64,000 nucleotides of DNA from Fervidobacterium sp. (GTDB taxonomy: Bacteria; Thermotogota; Thermotogae; Thermotogales; Fervidobacteriaceae): contig JBMFNR010000003.1 of assembly GCA_049970055.1 (NCBI GenBank), forward strand, positions 1-64,000, written 5' to 3'. Positions 61,994 through 64,000 of this stretch are shown here, piece after piece. The notes below the pieces were generated by a model that made no database searches, was not told the DNA's origin, and worked only from the letters and a program-made list of their open reading frames with translations. Numbering within the stretch: the stretch's first letter is position 1; each line of letters opens with the position of its first letter. A program made the translations under genes and the position numbers.

Positions 61994-63420
61994 GAATCAT
62001 GGAAAATGTAGTGAAAAGAATCGCTTTTTTCAATCCCCAAGGAAATTTTGATAAAAATGATAGTCACTTGACTGAACATCCAGATTTTGGCGGTCAACTT
62101 GTCTATGTAAAAGAGCTCGCAAAGGCCATGTCCTTTAAAGGTATAGAAGTAGATATATTTACAAGGCAAATTATAGATGAAAATTGGCCTGAATTCTCAG
62201 AACCCCTTGATTATTATCCAGACGCTCCCAATGTTCGCATTGTGAGGATACCGTTTGGTGGTGAAAAGTTTGTGAGAAAAGAAGATCTGTGGCCTTTTAT
62301 CCCCGAGTACGTTGAGAAGATATACAAGTTTTATAAAAGTGAAGGAGTGTTTCCAAATTTCGTAACAACTCATTATAGTGATGGTGGCATGAGTGGAGTG
62401 TTGTTTTGCGAGAAGACTGGTATACCTTTTTCATTTACTGCTCATTCCTTGGGAGTATGGAAGTTGGAGAAACTCTTGAAGAATGGACTAGATAGGAAAG
62501 AACTTGAGAAAAAGTATCGTTTCTCTGTAAGAATTTTTGCTGAAAATTTGTCCATTAAATATTCATCATTTGTTGTTTGCAGTACGAATCAGGAGAGGTA
62601 CGAACAATACTCACATGAACTATACAAAGTAGATCCGTACAACGAAAAATTTAAAGTCATACCACCTGGGATTAACCACAGAATTTTCAATACCCAAAAG
62701 CAAAATATCGACGAATTAATAGAGAAATATTTAAGTGAGGTTATTTCAAGAACGTCGTTGAAGCGCCAAAAACTTCCTTTTATAATTATGTCAAGCAGGA
62801 TAGACAGGAAGAAAAATCATATATCCGTTGTACGCGCATTTTTAGGAAATGAAAAATTGAAAAACATTGCTAATTTACTTATTGTCCTACGCGGAATAGA
62901 TGACGTGGTGAATTTTACGAAGAGCAGCACCACAGAAGAAGCGAATATTTTGAGAGAAATAGTGGAAACTGCTAACGATGAAATTGGAAAAAGTATCTTT
63001 TTCATAAATATCTCCGATCAGAGAAGTTTAGCTGCTCTTTATAGGGTTGCAGCGCAACGTGGCTCGGTTTTTGCTTTACCTGCACTCTACGAACCTTTTG
63101 GACTTGCTATCGTCGAAGCAGCCGCGTGCGGTTTGAAGATAGTTGCAACTATGAATGGTGGACCGGCAGAGATATTATCTAACCAAGAAGGATTACTTAT
63201 AAACCCAGAGGATTCTGAAGATATAGCTAGCAAGCTAACAATTGCCGTTACAAAATTCGATGCCAAGAAGTCACTCGAACTGGCATCAAAGTACAGTTGG
63301 GAAAAAACAGCGGAAAGGTATCTTGAATACATAAACAAATCGCTTGATAATAATGAACCTTGCAGTGTAGATAAAAGTGATATTAGTAAATTTATCAAAA
63401 TGATTAATGAATTACAATAA
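61990..63420 (+). CDS. Sucrose-phosphate synthase-like GT4 glycosyltransferase
   Basis: AFFNPQGNFD...EHPDFGGQLVYVKE, WPEFS, THYSDGG, SRIDRKKN, YEPFGL; closely resembles the single-domain Halothermothrix-type SPS. Confidence 0.88.
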   Translation: MRIMENVVKRIAFFNPQGNFDKNDSHLTEHPDFGGQLVYVKELAKAMSFKGIEVDIFTRQIIDENWPEFSEPLDYYPDAPNVRIVRIPFGGEKFVRKEDLWPFIPEYVEKIYKFYKSEGVFPNFVTTHYSDGGMSGVLFCEKTGIPFSFTAHSLGVWKLEKLLKNGLDRKELEKKYRFSVRIFAENLSIKYSSFVVCSTNQERYEQYSHELYKVDPYNEKFKVIPPGINHRIFNTQKQNIDELIEKYLSEVISRTSLKRQKLPFIIMSSRIDRKKNHISVVRAFLGNEKLKNIANLLIVLRGIDDVVNFTKSSTTEEANILREIVETANDEIGKSIFFINISDQRSLAALYRVAAQRGSVFALPALYEPFGLAIVEAAACGLKIVATMNGGPAEILSNQEGLLINPEDSEDIASKLTIAVTKFDAKKSLELASKYSWEKTAERYLEYINKSLDNNEPCSVDKSDISKFIKMINELQ

Positions 63421-63447
63421 CCGAACATTTTTTATTAACTCACTAAT

Positions 63448-63477
63448 AAGCCTTGGTTTGGGACCAAGGCTTTTTTT
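63448..63477 (+). terminator. Intrinsic terminator of the sugar operon
   Basis: AAGCCTTGGT-TTGGG-ACCAAGGCTT plus T run. Confidence 0.85.
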
Positions 63478-63587
63478 GAAAATTGTTGAAAGTTACAATG
63501 CTTAGTTGAATATTTTTCATGGAGTGCTATAATTTCTACGATGGGTGTTTACGATTTCTCCGAGTTTACTACAAAGAGGTGAGGAAT

Positions 63588-64000
63588 TTGAAATTAGGTA
63601 GGTTGGTAGATGTTATCGAAAGATTTGTGGTAAAAGCAAACCTTTCGGAAGAACTTAGAAAAGCTGAAATAGAGTGTATTTCGAACAATTCCAGGAAGCT
63701 CGGTGAAGGATGTTTGTTCATATGTCGTGAAGGTTCGAAGTTTGATTCACACACGCTTGTTGAATCACTTTATGAGGAAGGGAACGTTATTGCTTTTGTA
63801 ACGGAAAAAGAAATAAATGGCAACATTCCTTACGTTCAGGTTTACGACAGTATGCTAGCAGAAGCTTACATAGCCGCGGAGTTTTACGAGCATCCTTACC
63901 AACACTTGATAACATTTGGTGTGACTGGAACAAACGGGAAAACTACGTGCGCTCACCTCTTTCATCATATAATGCAGCAATTTGGCTTATCTGGAAGCCT
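63588..64000 (+). CDS. murE: MurE ligase, N-terminal part (runs off the window edge)
   Basis: Manual translation from TTG: ...NNSRKL...LFICREGSKFDSH...FYEHPYQHLITFGVTGTNGKTT; GAGGTGAGG RBS. Confidence 0.9.
   Translation, partial: MKLGRLVDVIERFVVKANLSEELRKAEIECISNNSRKLGEGCLFICREGSKFDSHTLVESLYEEGNVIAFVTEKEINGNIPYVQVYDSMLAEAYIAAEFYEHPYQHLITFGVTGTNGKTTCAHLFHHIMQQFGLSGS

Noticed and set aside
1..64000. CRISPR arrays, rRNA, intact IS or prophage genes; many short antisense ORFs in the track
   Set aside because: No repeat-spacer pattern or transposase, integrase or phage motif seen by eye; the short ORFs overlap well-supported genes

Overview
AT-rich bacterial chromosome segment. Gene content and protein style point to a Thermotogota member, most like Fervidobacterium/Thermosipho (inference, not a database result). 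The left end holds a type I restriction-modification hsdM-hsdS pair just beyond the 3' end of tRNA-Ala(CGC), probably an island edge. Next come an envelope glycan locus (repeat membrane protein, WecA-like transferase, giant O-antigen-ligase-family protein), fluC/DUF190 beside a patch of decayed genes, and housekeeping or metabolic genes: PiT transporter, rqcH, uvrB, lpdA, GH20, perR-rbr-sor, cysE-cysK, a pyrC-K-D-F-E operon with a PyrR-type attenuator, rsmA, miaB, udk, a ROK/TreT/ABC/fructokinase/sucrose-phosphate-synthase sugar locus and the start of murE. Several pseudogenes are evident (flavin oxidoreductase, phosphohexomutase, minimal SufC/SufB pair, GGDEF and beta-propeller remnants). The best leads are: a 7-codon Cys-containing uORF in front of cysE that could also be a -1 slip site; an RlmN-like radical SAM enzyme lacking the resolving Cys in an unexplained cluster; an unannotated ~85-nt G-rich small RNA with its own promoter and terminator; a possible protein-glycosylation locus; TreT plus SPS co-clustering; and a CTG start codon for rsmA. 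No CRISPR array, rRNA or intact transposase was seen. All family assignments come from motifs recognised by eye.
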